A stretch of 63,974 nt of DNA, the filler included, from an uncultured bacterium (GTDB lineage: Bacteria > Hinthialibacterota > Hinthialibacteria > Hinthialibacterales > Hinthialibacteraceae), in NCBI GenBank assembly GCA_964449065.1. It is 5 parts of 5 records of this genome, joined end to end, with 100 filler letters (N's around TTAATTAATTAA, not from the genome) between each part and the next. Parts side by side here need not be neighbours in the genome. Positions count along the whole stretch, not along the records: positions 14,502 to 28,896 come from CAYVAZ010000117.1; positions 28,997 to 43,379 come from CAYVAZ010000118.1; 3 more parts are not named here. The stretch is one strand, 5' to 3'. The notes beneath the pieces are model-generated. The model saw only the letters and a list, made by a program, of their open reading frames with translations, ran no database searches and had not been told where the DNA came from. The position numbers and the translations under genes are program-made. Below are positions 27,422-38,757 of this stretch, piece by piece (within the stretch, counting starts at the first letter, position 1; each line of letters opens with the position of its first letter).

Positions 27422-27895
27422 ATGCCATTCGGTGCAGCGAGCGGGACGTGGATCTCTTGGAACAGGGGCAAGCGGGTTGGCCAGAAATCGCCGTTGAAGC
27501 CGCAAGAGGTTTGGGCGATCCGGGTCCGTCTTGAGACCGCTGAAAAACGCCGCGACCTGACGCTGTTCAATCTGGCGATCGACAGCAAGCTGAGAGGCTG
27601 CGATCTCGTTTCACTTCGGGTCGCCGACGTGCGAACAGGCGGAGACATCCGCAGCTGCTCGAAAGTGCTCCAGAGCAAGACGGGCAGCGCCGTTCAGTTC
27701 GAAATCACCAGGCAGACGCGCGAAGCCATCGCCGCCTGGTGCGCGGCGAAAGATCTGCGGCCCCACGACTGGCTGTTCCCGAGCCGGAAGGACCTGAACC
27801 GACATCTGTCAACGCGCCAATATGCCTGTCTTGTCGAGGATTGGATCGCGTCGATCGGGCTGGCGCCAACACCCCAACGCGGGTTCGAGCTGTGA
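27422..27895 (+). pseudogene. C-terminally truncated small tyrosine recombinase
   Basis: WNRGKRVGQKSPLKP...FNLAIDSKLRGCDLV...QSKTG are present, but the ORF ends after IGLAP and lacks the HxxR, H and catalytic Tyr motifs. Confidence 0.8.
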
Positions 27896-28031
27896 GTTGC
27901 GGGTTGCCAGCGACGGACTGTGCATGGTTCGGGATGCCGTGCGAATGCGCTCGAAATCGTGCGCCAGTTGCGAAGACGTCCGGACCATAGCGTGCTCCGA
28001 AACTAAGTTGTAAGGCGCATGCGGGCGTGGA

Positions 28032-28613
28032 TCACTGGCCGGAGCGCTGGCCGAGGGCCGTTGCGGTGCTCAGCCAGGCGGCGCGAGCCTTGTGCGTTGA
28101 TGATCGCACGGGGCCGAAGTGCGTGACCCGTACCGGCTTTATGCCGCAGAAATCGAGCGTCCGCTTGTTCATTATGCGATCACCGGCGCCACCAAACATC
28201 CATTTGTAAATGAACGGGGGGGTGTCCATCGTGACGATCAATTCGCCCGTTCGCCCCGTCAAAAGGCGATCCCAGCCGTTTCCCTTGGCGTGGTACCTGA
28301 ACGCGACCCCCGGCAGCAGGACCCGCTCAAGCGCGGACTTGAACGGCCCCGGCGCACCGCCCCACCAATTGGGATAGACCAGCGCCACGTGATCCGCCCA
28401 CAGGATCGAGCCCTGGAGATGGTGCAGATCAGGTTCGAGCGGCTTGTCGGCTCCATAGGGGGGCGTCACGGGATCGAAGCTCAACTCATCCAATCGAATG
28501 CTGCGAATCTCACAATTTGCGCCCGTGGCACCGGTCGCGTATGCGCTCGCCAATCCTTCGCACAGCGATCCCGACCGGGGATGCCCGAGCAGGATAAGAA
28601 CTTTTCTCGACAT
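28032..28613 (-). CDS. NAD(P)H-dependent quinone oxidoreductase (flavodoxin-2 fold)
   Basis: LILLGHP...SLC, WADH...YPNWWGG and TMDTP motifs. Confidence 0.92.
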   Translation of the reverse strand: MSRKVLILLGHPRSGSLCEGLASAYATGATGANCEIRSIRLDELSFDPVTPPYGADKPLEPDLHHLQGSILWADHVALVYPNWWGGAPGPFKSALERVLLPGVAFRYHAKGNGWDRLLTGRTGELIVTMDTPPFIYKWMFGGAGDRIMNKRTLDFCGIKPVRVTHFGPVRSSTHKARAAWLSTATALGQRSGQ

Positions 28614-28632
28614 CTCTCACTCCTTCCATTAA

Positions 28633-28676
28633 TGTGACCGCTGGTCACAAGATAGGGCATGTTACCGTTGGTCACA
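28633..28676. promoter_or_regulatory. Two palindromic TetR-type operators (TGTGACC-N3-GGTCACA)
   Basis: Perfect palindrome at 28633-28649 and a one-mismatch copy at 28660-28676, at the junction of the divergent oxidoreductase and TetR genes. Confidence 0.75.
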
Positions 28677-28896
28677 AGAGGTAAAAATACTGCACCCCGC
28701 AAGAAATCTGCCGGCGACTATCGCCATGGCGACCTGCGCAATGCCCTGCTTGATGCCGCCGGAGAACTGGTCAGCGCGCGCGGTGGACCTGAGTTTTCAA
28801 TGCGCGAGATCGCAGAACGGGTCGGTGTGCGCCATCCGGCGGCCTATCGCCATTTCGAGTCCAAGGAGGCGATAGTCTCGTCACTTGCGGGGCGGG
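28659..28896 (+). CDS. TetR/AcrR family regulator (truncated by contig end)
   Basis: YRHGDLRNALLDAA...FSMREIAERVGVRHPAAYRHFESKE. Confidence 0.92.
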
Positions 28897-28996
28897 NNNN
28901 NNNNNNNNNNNNNNNNNNNNNNNNNNNNNNNNNNNNNNNNTTAATTAATTAANNNNNNNNNNNNNNNNNNNNNNNNNNNNNNNNNNNNNNNNNNNN
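28897..28996. other. Artificial contig linker
   Basis: N44-TTAATTAATTAA-N44. Confidence 0.99.
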
Positions 28997-28997
28997 C

Positions 28998-29924
28998 CGC
29001 CTGATTGATCAAATCAAACAAATCGCGCCCTCCAAAGCCACGGTCTTAATTACCGGCGAAACCGGAACGGGAAAAGAACTGGTCGCGCGTGCCATCCATA
29101 ACCTAAGCCCCAGAAAAGATCATCTCTTCTTGCCGATCCACTGCGCCGCCTTCTCTGAAAACCTGCTCGAAAGCGAACTCTTCGGCCACGAACGAGGCGC
29201 CTTCACCGGTGCGGTCAAACAGCGCAAAGGGCGTTTTGAAATGGCCGATAAAGGAACGCTGTTTTTGGATGAAGTGAGTGAGATTGATCTGTCGATCCAA
29301 GTGAAGTTATTGCGTGTATTGCAGGAACGTCAATTTGAACGTGTTGGTTCCACTGAAGTTATTGAAGTTGATATCCGCTTGATCGCCGCCACCAACACCA
29401 GTCTGCCCGAAATGGTGGAAGAAGGCAAATTCCGTGAGGATTTATACTACCGTTTAAAAGTCGTTTCGCTGGAAGTGCCGCCTTTGCGCAAACGCTTGGA
29501 TGACATCCCTCTATTGGTCGATACGTTCGTCCGCCGCTTCTGCCTGGAAAACGGCCGCGAACCGATGGCTGTTTCCCCCGCAGTCATCCAACTTTTTCAA
29601 CACTACGATTGGCCTGGAAACATCCGCGAATTGCAAGGCGTGATTGAAAGTATGGTCATCCTGGCATCAGACAAAACACTAGACATGGAAAATGTCCCCT
29701 ACGAAATCCGAATGAAATGCAATCCTGACCAAGTTCCGCTTAACACGGGAGATGCCACCCTCGCGGAAATCGAAAAACGCGTGATTCTCCAAACGCTCGA
29801 GAAATACAACGGCAACCGCACTCAAACCGCCGAAGCTCTTGGGATCGGCCGCCGCACTCTTATTCGTAAACTCCACGAATACGGCGTCTCCAAAGAAAAA
29901 GATGCCGATGCGGAATCCGACTAA
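28998..29924 (+). CDS. Sigma-54-dependent transcriptional activator (5' truncated)
   Basis: GETGTGKE, ESELFGHERGAFTGA, LFLDE, FREDLYYRL, WPGNIREL and a Fis-type HTH; the frame is open from the contig start. Confidence 0.96.
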   Translation, partial: RLIDQIKQIAPSKATVLITGETGTGKELVARAIHNLSPRKDHLFLPIHCAAFSENLLESELFGHERGAFTGAVKQRKGRFEMADKGTLFLDEVSEIDLSIQVKLLRVLQERQFERVGSTEVIEVDIRLIAATNTSLPEMVEEGKFREDLYYRLKVVSLEVPPLRKRLDDIPLLVDTFVRRFCLENGREPMAVSPAVIQLFQHYDWPGNIRELQGVIESMVILASDKTLDMENVPYEIRMKCNPDQVPLNTGDATLAEIEKRVILQTLEKYNGNRTQTAEALGIGRRTLIRKLHEYGVSKEKDADAESD

Positions 29925-30082
29925 AGCGACTCAGAGTTGCATAGACGGAAGCTGTCGTTGTCCCCCCATTGATTAAGGAGGGGGGGATCAAAGACGATCT
30001 CTTTCTATCCACGCAAACCTGAATTGCTCTGAAATTCGTGTAGTTTTTGCAGAAAAAAAATGAAAAATTTCAAAAAAAGTTC

Positions 30083-30111
30083 TTGACTCACAATCGCATT
30101 GATATTACATT
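30083..30111 (+). promoter_or_regulatory. Sigma-70-like promoter TTGACT-N17-TACATT with AT-rich UP region
   Basis: Close match to consensus, with A-tracts upstream. Confidence 0.7.
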
Positions 30112-30143
30112 GTGTGTAACCCGGAAAGGAGGTGGTCTATACC

Positions 30144-30218
30144 ATGATATATGACTGTATGAGTTTTAAGAAAGTTTGTTGTACAAGGGTAGGTGACTGC
30201 GGAGGTGCTTCGGGTTAA
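30144..30218 (+). CDS. 24-aa Cys-rich small ORF (MIYDCMSFKKVCCTRVGDCGGASG) within a structured transcript
   Basis: Perfect AAAGGAGGTG SD 9 nt before the ATG; has its own promoter and terminator. Confidence 0.5.
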   Translation: MIYDCMSFKKVCCTRVGDCGGASG

Positions 30219-30316
30219 GCTGATCCGAACTCTTTACCTACATAAGGTGACTCCTTTGGATTGGCAGTTGATTTTATCAGTTGTATCCGCATCTCCAAAC
30301 CAAACAGTACACCGTC

Positions 30317-30350
30317 AAGAAGGCGATCAAGCAATTGGTCGCCTTCTTTT
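30317..30350 (+). terminator. Intrinsic terminator
   Basis: AAGAAGGCGATCAA-GCAA-TTGGTCGCCTTCTT followed by a T tract. Confidence 0.8.
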
Positions 30351-30587
30351 ATACTGCGGCTGGTATTTATATCTGCTAGAGCGTTTCAGAGTTGAGTAGC
30401 CGGATAGCATCGGTTTCCAGCCGGTAAAAGAATGTGCACGATAACAAGCGCATCTCTGGGAGGGCGAGGCTCCTGCCGAGCCGGAAGCGCTGTTCGATTG
30501 AATCAGAACATATAACCCCTACATGGAGACCGAACATATCTTGAGGCAACGCCCCGGAAAAACGGTACACTTGTTACATTCCGCTCG

Positions 30588-31628
30588 TTACTCGTCACTC
30601 GTCACTGCATTTAAACGTTCCAGCATCTTCACAACCGTATCCTTCACCTCATCCACTCCTATCTCCGTCATACATTTGTGATGACCCAACGGGCACTCCC
30701 GTTTCAAACATGGAGCGCAATCCACACGCTTGTTGATTAAGGTATGCCCTTTGCCAAGAGGAGCGGTATCGGTGGGATTTGTCGGCCCAATCATCGCAAT
30801 GACTTGTGTTCCTACCGCGCTTGCTGTATGCATCATTCCGGAATCATTGCACAGCATTACATCACACCGTTTCGCCAAAGCAAACGCATCCCGAAGAGAA
30901 GTGCCGCCGGCAAGAGCGATGCTTTTTTTCCCAATGGCTTTATGCACTTCATTCACAACATCGAATTCTTTCTTACTTCCAAAAAGAAGAACCATAGCGC
31001 CAAACTCTTCCACACACCAACGCCCCACTTCCGCGTAGCGTTCCGGCAGCCAGCGCTTTGCTGTTCCAAATGCCGCCCCCACTGCCATGCCAATGATCGG
31101 CTTTGACGGATCAATCCGGTTGGTATCTATAAATTGTTGCGCGCGTGTTTTTTCGTTATCGGATAGATAAATCTTGGGGGGAAGTGAGTGCGGCACTTCA
31201 CCGTTCAGTAAATAATAATACCGCTGCGACTGATGCACGGCTTCCTGGGGCGGTTTTTTGGTGTGATGAAGAAAAAGACGATTGAAGCCTTGCGGATACG
31301 CTGTCCGTTGATACACATTACCCAACCGAAATAGCAGAGCCGACGAGAACGACCTCGTCAACAAATATCCTCGATCATACCGCTGTTTCTGTAACCGGGC
31401 GGCAATCGATACCATTCCCCCAAATCCTTGATGGATACCATCCCGGTCGTACACCATTAATTCTATATTGGTATAGGGAGAGTGTTGAAAAACGGAAACG
31501 GTTAAAGGCAAGCCAAACAGAACAATTTTATCATCCCGATGCTTGGTAATATAATCCCAAACCGCCGGGGAGGCCATCACGGCATCACCCAGCCAGTTCG
31601 GTAATCGAATGATGATTTTTTGTCCCAT
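30588..31628 (-). CDS. waaF: LPS heptosyltransferase II (GT9)
   Basis: RLPNWLGDAVM, GAAFGTAKRW, NDSGMMH and CAPCLKRECPLGHHKCM motifs; start ATG 31628. Confidence 0.9.
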   Translation of the reverse strand: MGQKIIIRLPNWLGDAVMASPAVWDYITKHRDDKIVLFGLPLTVSVFQHSPYTNIELMVYDRDGIHQGFGGMVSIAARLQKQRYDRGYLLTRSFSSALLFRLGNVYQRTAYPQGFNRLFLHHTKKPPQEAVHQSQRYYYLLNGEVPHSLPPKIYLSDNEKTRAQQFIDTNRIDPSKPIIGMAVGAAFGTAKRWLPERYAEVGRWCVEEFGAMVLLFGSKKEFDVVNEVHKAIGKKSIALAGGTSLRDAFALAKRCDVMLCNDSGMMHTASAVGTQVIAMIGPTNPTDTAPLGKGHTLINKRVDCAPCLKRECPLGHHKCMTEIGVDEVKDTVVKMLERLNAVTSDE

Positions 31629-31653
31629 ACGTGCATATACAATTTTGGGCGGG

Positions 31654-33180
31654 TTATTCGCCGGATGAGGCAGGAATGGTAAAACGCAATGGCTCGCCGG
31701 TTTCACTGAATTCCAAGGCTTCATTCACCGCTTGAATTTCGAACAGAAATGTAGTTCCACGTTCTAAGACTGAAAATCCGGTAAAAAATGTGAGACCGTT
31801 CGTAAATCCCTGTAACACCGGGTCTACTTCACCTTCAATACGAATGGTATAAAAATAATCAAACGCTCCCTCCACCGGTGCGAACGAAAATTGCGTGTTA
31901 AACAATTCCGCGAATAAACAGGCTGAATCATCCAATTCAACATCGAATGGGGGGATAACAATATTCTGCGTGAAACCGGTATCTTGGCATTGGCTGAATT
32001 GCCCGATTTCCATGATTGGACGGATGATTTCACTCCAAGCCGGAGCGGGTGGTACGGGGCTTTCCGTCTGAAAGTTGTTTCGATACGTTTCCAAATCCAA
32101 GAAGTCAATAAACCCATCTTGGTTAAAATCCGCGCCGGCTATAAAACTCGGATCCCCGTTGAAGGTATTGAACGATTGTATAAACAAACGGGTGTCCCCG
32201 GCATCTTCATTGCCGTCGCCGTTGAAATCCAATGAAATCACTCCGAAATTCGGCGTAGGCGTCACTTGGCGTGTTGGGTCTATGACAAACTGCGCGTTCA
32301 CAATGTCACTCAATCTTCCATCGGGGGTTTTCGCCCGCAAAAACACATCATACGTACCGTCTTGCGTTAAAGAAGACAAACTGAACTCCGTCTCTTCCAA
32401 AAAACGCATGGATACGATTTCTTGCCCAAACTGTGATATAACAATAAATTCGTAGAAGAATTCACCTTCCGGAAACTGAGGTTTTTCCCATGTAATTTTA
32501 AAATTGGCCAACTCGGCAAAGCCAATTACATCATTCGGAAAAAAATGAATGTTTCCCGGTTTGCCAATCGCGCCCTCCGGTACTGCTGTGGGCGGTACCG
32601 CAAAGGTGCCGAAACGGGAAGCAAGAGTGAGCAAATCGTCTTGGTTGACATGGCCGTCCAAATTAAAATCCGCGGCAAACGAGTCAAACAGATCCCGCTT
32701 CCAATTCGCCGCCAACAAATAAAGATCGGGTTTATCAATCGAGGATGATCTATTTATATCTCCGCTGGGTGGTAAGGGGCCGGGACCGGGGGTTGGACGA
32801 AGGCCGGTGTTATTAATCTGGAAGGGAATTTCCCCCGAGGTACGGGACCCATCCGGTGTGCGAATCAGCCAGGAATAATCTCCCGGCAAAAATCGTCCCC
32901 GAAATGTATCCGCCAAAAAATGAGGAGAGTCTTGCACGGGGATCTCTAAAAATGTCAATTGCGAGATCGGATTGGTCGGATTGCGGAATTCAATGACATA
33001 GTTATCGGCATTGGCCGGGTCTTCCCACTGAAAGCCCATACCGCCTGACATTAGATCCAACAGCGTTAGCGTTTGATTGGCCTGTGGAAAAACGGGAACA
33101 ATATCCTGCGTTTGCCCTTTCAGAGAGACCAGAGAACTACACATTCCAATAAGAACCAAAGATTTAAAGAAATGGCTCAT
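31654..33180 (-). CDS. Secreted protein with dockerin/EF-hand-like Ca-binding repeats
   Basis: Signal-like N-terminus; DINRSSSIDKPDL, DFNLDGHVNQDDL, DFNGDGNEDAGD and DFNQDGFIDFLDL repeats; PTP linkers. Confidence 0.75.
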   Translation of the reverse strand: MSHFFKSLVLIGMCSSLVSLKGQTQDIVPVFPQANQTLTLLDLMSGGMGFQWEDPANADNYVIEFRNPTNPISQLTFLEIPVQDSPHFLADTFRGRFLPGDYSWLIRTPDGSRTSGEIPFQINNTGLRPTPGPGPLPPSGDINRSSSIDKPDLYLLAANWKRDLFDSFAADFNLDGHVNQDDLLTLASRFGTFAVPPTAVPEGAIGKPGNIHFFPNDVIGFAELANFKITWEKPQFPEGEFFYEFIVISQFGQEIVSMRFLEETEFSLSSLTQDGTYDVFLRAKTPDGRLSDIVNAQFVIDPTRQVTPTPNFGVISLDFNGDGNEDAGDTRLFIQSFNTFNGDPSFIAGADFNQDGFIDFLDLETYRNNFQTESPVPPAPAWSEIIRPIMEIGQFSQCQDTGFTQNIVIPPFDVELDDSACLFAELFNTQFSFAPVEGAFDYFYTIRIEGEVDPVLQGFTNGLTFFTGFSVLERGTTFLFEIQAVNEALEFSETGEPLRFTIPASSGE

Positions 33181-33315
33181 GGGGGGTACGGCTCCTTCTT
33201 ATACCGATTCTATAAAGTTGTCTAACTAGTATTTACTGAGTCGGGACAGTCCCCGTGGCTGCCCGCGGTGCGGTCAGCGGGTGAATAGTTGGAAACTTAC
33301 AATAGTTTCATCAAT

Positions 33316-34020
33316 CTACTGCGCGACTATCAGTGAATCAATCATTCGATCAAACGCGGGCTTCCATTGTTCCACCGTGGCTTGTGGGCCGGTCAGTTTG
33401 ATGTGCCAAGGTCCACCCGGTCCTTCCACAACGGCCGCCAACATGCGGTAATCGGATTTATTCACCGTTTGCGCCATCATCATCGGCCCGACAGAGGCAC
33501 TATAATCACCGCTTACATCCAAGGTATAAACCGTAAGCGGCCCCAATTCGTTTTGCGACATTTTCGGTTCCGCACCGGCAGGCTGCTTGAATTGGCCAAC
33601 CCAGCGATCTAGGTTCATCTTTGCCGAACCGCCAATTCCTTGAAACAGCACCAACTCGCCGCCTTCCGGGTCTCCTTCCGCTGCCGGAACACTGAACTGA
33701 GCGGCACGCATCGAACTGGAGGGCGGAGCGCTTTGCCATTCCGGTGCAATGGTAAAGGCTAACCCGCCCGCTTTTGCGGTAGTCCCTTCTACCTCAACAC
33801 CAGAAGAAGCGCCGGCTGGCTGTTCCCGCACCTGCATTGCTTGTCTGTCGTTTCCAATGGGAGGATGGCCTTGCGGCAAGGATTGCTCTTGTGAGCCGCT
33901 ATCCGCAACGGAAGGTTGGGAAGGGGATGAGGTTTCAGACTTATCCACCAGTTGCCCCGAATCGTTTGAACAAGATACACAAAAAGAACTGAAAAGTATG
34001 AAAATCAATAAATATTTCAT
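33316..34020 (-). CDS. Putative lipoprotein, conserved hypothetical
   Basis: Lipobox-like VSC; LPQGHPPI, SSMRAAQF and NLDRWVGQF segments. Confidence 0.75.
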   Translation of the reverse strand: MKYLLIFILFSSFCVSCSNDSGQLVDKSETSSPSQPSVADSGSQEQSLPQGHPPIGNDRQAMQVREQPAGASSGVEVEGTTAKAGGLAFTIAPEWQSAPPSSSMRAAQFSVPAAEGDPEGGELVLFQGIGGSAKMNLDRWVGQFKQPAGAEPKMSQNELGPLTVYTLDVSGDYSASVGPMMMAQTVNKSDYRMLAAVVEGPGGPWHIKLTGPQATVEQWKPAFDRMIDSLIVAQ

Positions 34021-34190
34021 ATAGACATCCTTATAAAAAATGGTTTGATTGATTTAGAGAACGTTTCAAAACTCAACCGTACAATCAATTGGAAGTTAAT
34101 AGTAAATTAAAAATTTACAACCCGTTTAGCCAAACCCATTATAGCCAAATTTTCAAGATTTGTCAGATTAGTATTTCTTATTCGTATTTC

Positions 34191-34368
34191 GTAATAGGTC
34201 AGCCGTTTGAAGAGATATTTCCCCTCTCAAGACTGGGAGGGGTTAGGGGAGGGTTGATTCGATTTTTTGAGAAAACGCCTTAACCCCCTCCTAACCTCCC
34301 CCATTGCATTGGGGGAGGAAAAAAGTAAATCAAACCAATTTTTTTACTTCATACCGCTGACCTTTTAC
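34191..34368. mobile_element. MITE-like element, family B (~178 bp)
   Basis: TIR GTAATAGGTCAGCCG...CCGCTGACCTTTTAC with internal CCTCCCC/GGGGAGG hairpins; an inverted homologous copy lies at 51033-51207. Confidence 0.75.
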
Positions 34369-34400
34369 TGTATTTCTTATTTGTTTTGAAAGTGAGACAT

Positions 34401-35828
<1,428 letters not shown>

Positions 35829-35900
35829 GTTGAAATCTGTCCCTAAACAAAAGAATGTAAATCTATATAAACAAGATAGTTAATTGTATAGGTGTAGATG

Positions 35901-36242
35901 CTATTCACGCAACCATTTCTTGATCACATTTGCTGCCATATCGGGTGAATCGATAGCATAATCGCGGATTTTTTCATTCATTTTGTTTGTGCGTTGCGCT
36001 TGTATGGGAATATTTTCCGGATTATTTAGGTCAACCAAACCTAATTCTCTCATGGTCATCTCGTTTTTCTTGATGGTCAGCTTGATGGAATTGGTTGTCT
36101 CAAAAGAAATATCATCATCATAACGTTTGAAGAGGCGGGGTTTAAAGTCTGTCCAGGCAAAATAAAAACCCACCATTAAGAGAGCGAAAAGAAAAAATAG
36201 AGGTATTAAAGAATACAATGTTGATTCAAACATACAATTCAC
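35901..36242 (-). CDS. Small single-TM hypothetical protein with FliF C-terminus-like tail
   Basis: N-terminal TM helix; ends KIRDYAIDSPDMAANVIKKWLRE. Confidence 0.6.
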   Translation of the reverse strand: MNCMFESTLYSLIPLFFLFALLMVGFYFAWTDFKPRLFKRYDDDISFETTNSIKLTIKKNEMTMRELGLVDLNNPENIPIQAQRTNKMNEKIRDYAIDSPDMAANVIKKWLRE

Positions 36243-36336
36243 ATAGCGGTTAGGTTTTTGTTAATCATATTGTAACCCTATTGTTTTGAATTAAAAGGAG
36301 TTTTTCTGATAATACATCAAGAATTACACCAACCAA

Positions 36337-37047
36337 CTACACCAAAACTTGTTCTTCGGGAATTTCGTCTCCCTGTTCCAAATGCATTTGCTTGCGTAGA
36401 TACCATACCCCAAGATAGATGAAGGGAGTATCCACCAACGCCACAACTACCTTAAACAAAAAACCGTTCACCACCAACCCCAAGAACCGTTCCCATGCAA
36501 TTACACCGAAAAAACATAGCAAAAGAATAACAGTAAATGTATCCAAAAACTGTGAACATACGGTCGAGGCGTTGTTCCGCAGCCATAAAAATTTCCCGTG
36601 GGTCAGCCGTTTCCAAAAATGAAAAAGGCGAATATCAACAAACTGGGCCGATAAATAAGCACACATCGATGCAAACACAGCCGCCGGAGACATACCAAAC
36701 ACAAGGGTAAATGTTTCGCTATCCACTGGAGACCAAGCGGTCTCTGGAACCGCTTGCGCGACCAATATCACCAGGATCATAAACAAACTGGCGATGAAAC
36801 CAGCAACAACCAATTGATTGGCCCGGCGAATCCCATATATTTCCGATACGATATCGGTAACCAAAAAGGTAATAGGGTAGGGCAGAATCCCCACGGATAC
36901 CTCAAATGTATAATCCAATACCGTCCAACTGAAAAACTTTTGAAAGATCAGATTTCCAATTATAAGAGAAGAAATAAAAATGGCAGCACATACCAGATAC
37001 ACCCGTTCCCGAAAGAGCAATGCCCGATACGACTTAGCGTCATCCAT
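36337..37047 (-). CDS. Queuosine precursor transporter (YhhQ/Vut_1)
   Basis: YPITFLVTDIVSEIYG, ASMCAYLSAQFVD, LWLRNNASTVCSQFLDT and DTPFIY motifs. Confidence 0.93.
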   Translation of the reverse strand: MDDAKSYRALLFRERVYLVCAAIFISSLIIGNLIFQKFFSWTVLDYTFEVSVGILPYPITFLVTDIVSEIYGIRRANQLVVAGFIASLFMILVILVAQAVPETAWSPVDSETFTLVFGMSPAAVFASMCAYLSAQFVDIRLFHFWKRLTHGKFLWLRNNASTVCSQFLDTFTVILLLCFFGVIAWERFLGLVVNGFLFKVVVALVDTPFIYLGVWYLRKQMHLEQGDEIPEEQVLV

Positions 37048-37260
37048 TCAAAAATCCTTGTATAAAATCCGTTTGTTTAAACTTTGTGTAACCGGATTGG
37101 AGTGAAGCAGGAATTGTAGCGGGAAATAAAACAGAATGAATGTAATATCAAGAAAAGGTTAAATGTACGCGCGGGACGAATCTTTTTAGGAAAAATACGA
37201 TGACAAAAAACACCAGGGTTCCATATATCGTTTTACCATGTTGTAAGAGAGCGCTCTTGT

Positions 37261-38466
37261 TCACCGGCTAAAAATAATGTGCCCGCCCTTTATCGTTAGT
37301 TCAACATGCAAATCGGGGCTTAGCACAACCACATCGGCGTCTTTCCCGACCGCCAAAATCCCGCGGCGGTATTTCCATTCCAACACCCGCGCGGCATTCA
37401 AACTCGCCATCTGTGCCGCCTGCGTTAACGTGGCTCCGGCATACTTGATCATCGTGCGCAAGGCTTTATCCATCGTTAGCGTGCTGCCGGCAAGCGTGTC
37501 CGGTTTCTCCGCTAAATACGCTCTTCCACGGCGGACCAGAACCCGCTGCCCGCTAAAGGTATGTTCTCCATCCGGTTTCCCAGCCGCTTCAATCGCGTCT
37601 GTAACCAGAATGATCTTATCGAAACTTTTTACTTTAAACAGCAGCTGCAGGGCTGCCGGGTGGGTATGAATCGAATCCGCAATCACCTGCACAAACAATT
37701 CATCCCGCAGTAAGGATCCACCCAACACCCCCGGTTTGCGGTGGTGCATTTGCGGCATGACGTTAAAGATATGCGTGACGCCATCCAGCCCGTTATCAAT
37801 CGCCTCGGACAGAATTTCGTAATCCGCGTTGGAATGGCCAATACAAAGATGTATGGATGGGGTTCCTTCACTGGGATTGGATGCCGCCAAGGATGCTTCC
37901 CTCAAGATCTCCATTGCTCCCGGAACTTCCGGCGCGATGGTCATCACCCGCATCCATTTCCCGGTGGCTTCCAGGATTTGATGGAATTTCTCCACACACG
38001 GCTTCCACATATTTTCCGGGCGGATTGCGCCGTGCATTTCCGGGTTAATAAACGGTCCCTCCGAATGAATGCCTTCTAATATCTTGTTCGCCCCTTTGTT
38101 CTCCAGGTAGGAACGAATGCGTTTGACGGCTGCCATGTATTCATCAAAGGGAAGCGCGTAGATGGTCGCCAGCAGAGAAGTAGTCCCCCGGCTGGCGTAA
38201 AAATCACAAATTCGATCAATTGCTTCCGGGTCTTCTTCAACAAACACATGTCCCATCCCGCCGTTGTTATGCAAATCGATAAAGCCCGGCAGGACAAAAT
38301 TCCCTTCCAAATCAACAACATTCGCGCCTTCCGGAATCGAGATATCATCCGGGTTGCCCATTTGCGCGATTTTGCCGTTTTCCAATACCAATGTGCAGTC
38401 TTCTTGCCGGCGGTAAGGCGTAATCGCAATCGCGTTCTTTAATACAAGTGGGTGAGGTCGGTTCAT
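37261..38466 (-). CDS. nagA: N-acetylglucosamine-6-phosphate deacetylase
   Basis: PGFIDLH, HSEGPFIN, GHSNA, THIFNVM, LVTDA and LAGSTLTM motifs. Confidence 0.95.
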   Translation of the reverse strand: MNRPHPLVLKNAIAITPYRRQEDCTLVLENGKIAQMGNPDDISIPEGANVVDLEGNFVLPGFIDLHNNGGMGHVFVEEDPEAIDRICDFYASRGTTSLLATIYALPFDEYMAAVKRIRSYLENKGANKILEGIHSEGPFINPEMHGAIRPENMWKPCVEKFHQILEATGKWMRVMTIAPEVPGAMEILREASLAASNPSEGTPSIHLCIGHSNADYEILSEAIDNGLDGVTHIFNVMPQMHHRKPGVLGGSLLRDELFVQVIADSIHTHPAALQLLFKVKSFDKIILVTDAIEAAGKPDGEHTFSGQRVLVRRGRAYLAEKPDTLAGSTLTMDKALRTMIKYAGATLTQAAQMASLNAARVLEWKYRRGILAVGKDADVVVLSPDLHVELTIKGGHIIFSR

Positions 38467-38757
38467 GGAACTACCTTATCGATTTTTGGTTTATCGGAAT
38501 TTAGAAGATTATCCGAAATCGCCCCATTCGTTAAGGTGGATTCTTTCTTTTTACAAATTTATAATGAATCGGCTATTATGCGGGTTGAATCAATCCCTAA
38601 CGAATAAAAGAAACAATGTAGCTTATAGCGTTTTTGTTTGTTCTGATTGCTTATCTATGTGGTATTGTGATTCCACTTTATTTGATCATTGGTCATTTTT
38701 ACCGGTCGGTCATCCTTGGAGAAAGTGCCGGTCGAAACCATCATGAAGATCAGTAAT

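Noticed and set aside
37048..37260. preQ1 riboswitch upstream of the queuosine precursor transporter
   Set aside because: No convincing stem-loop plus A-rich tail matching preQ1 classes.
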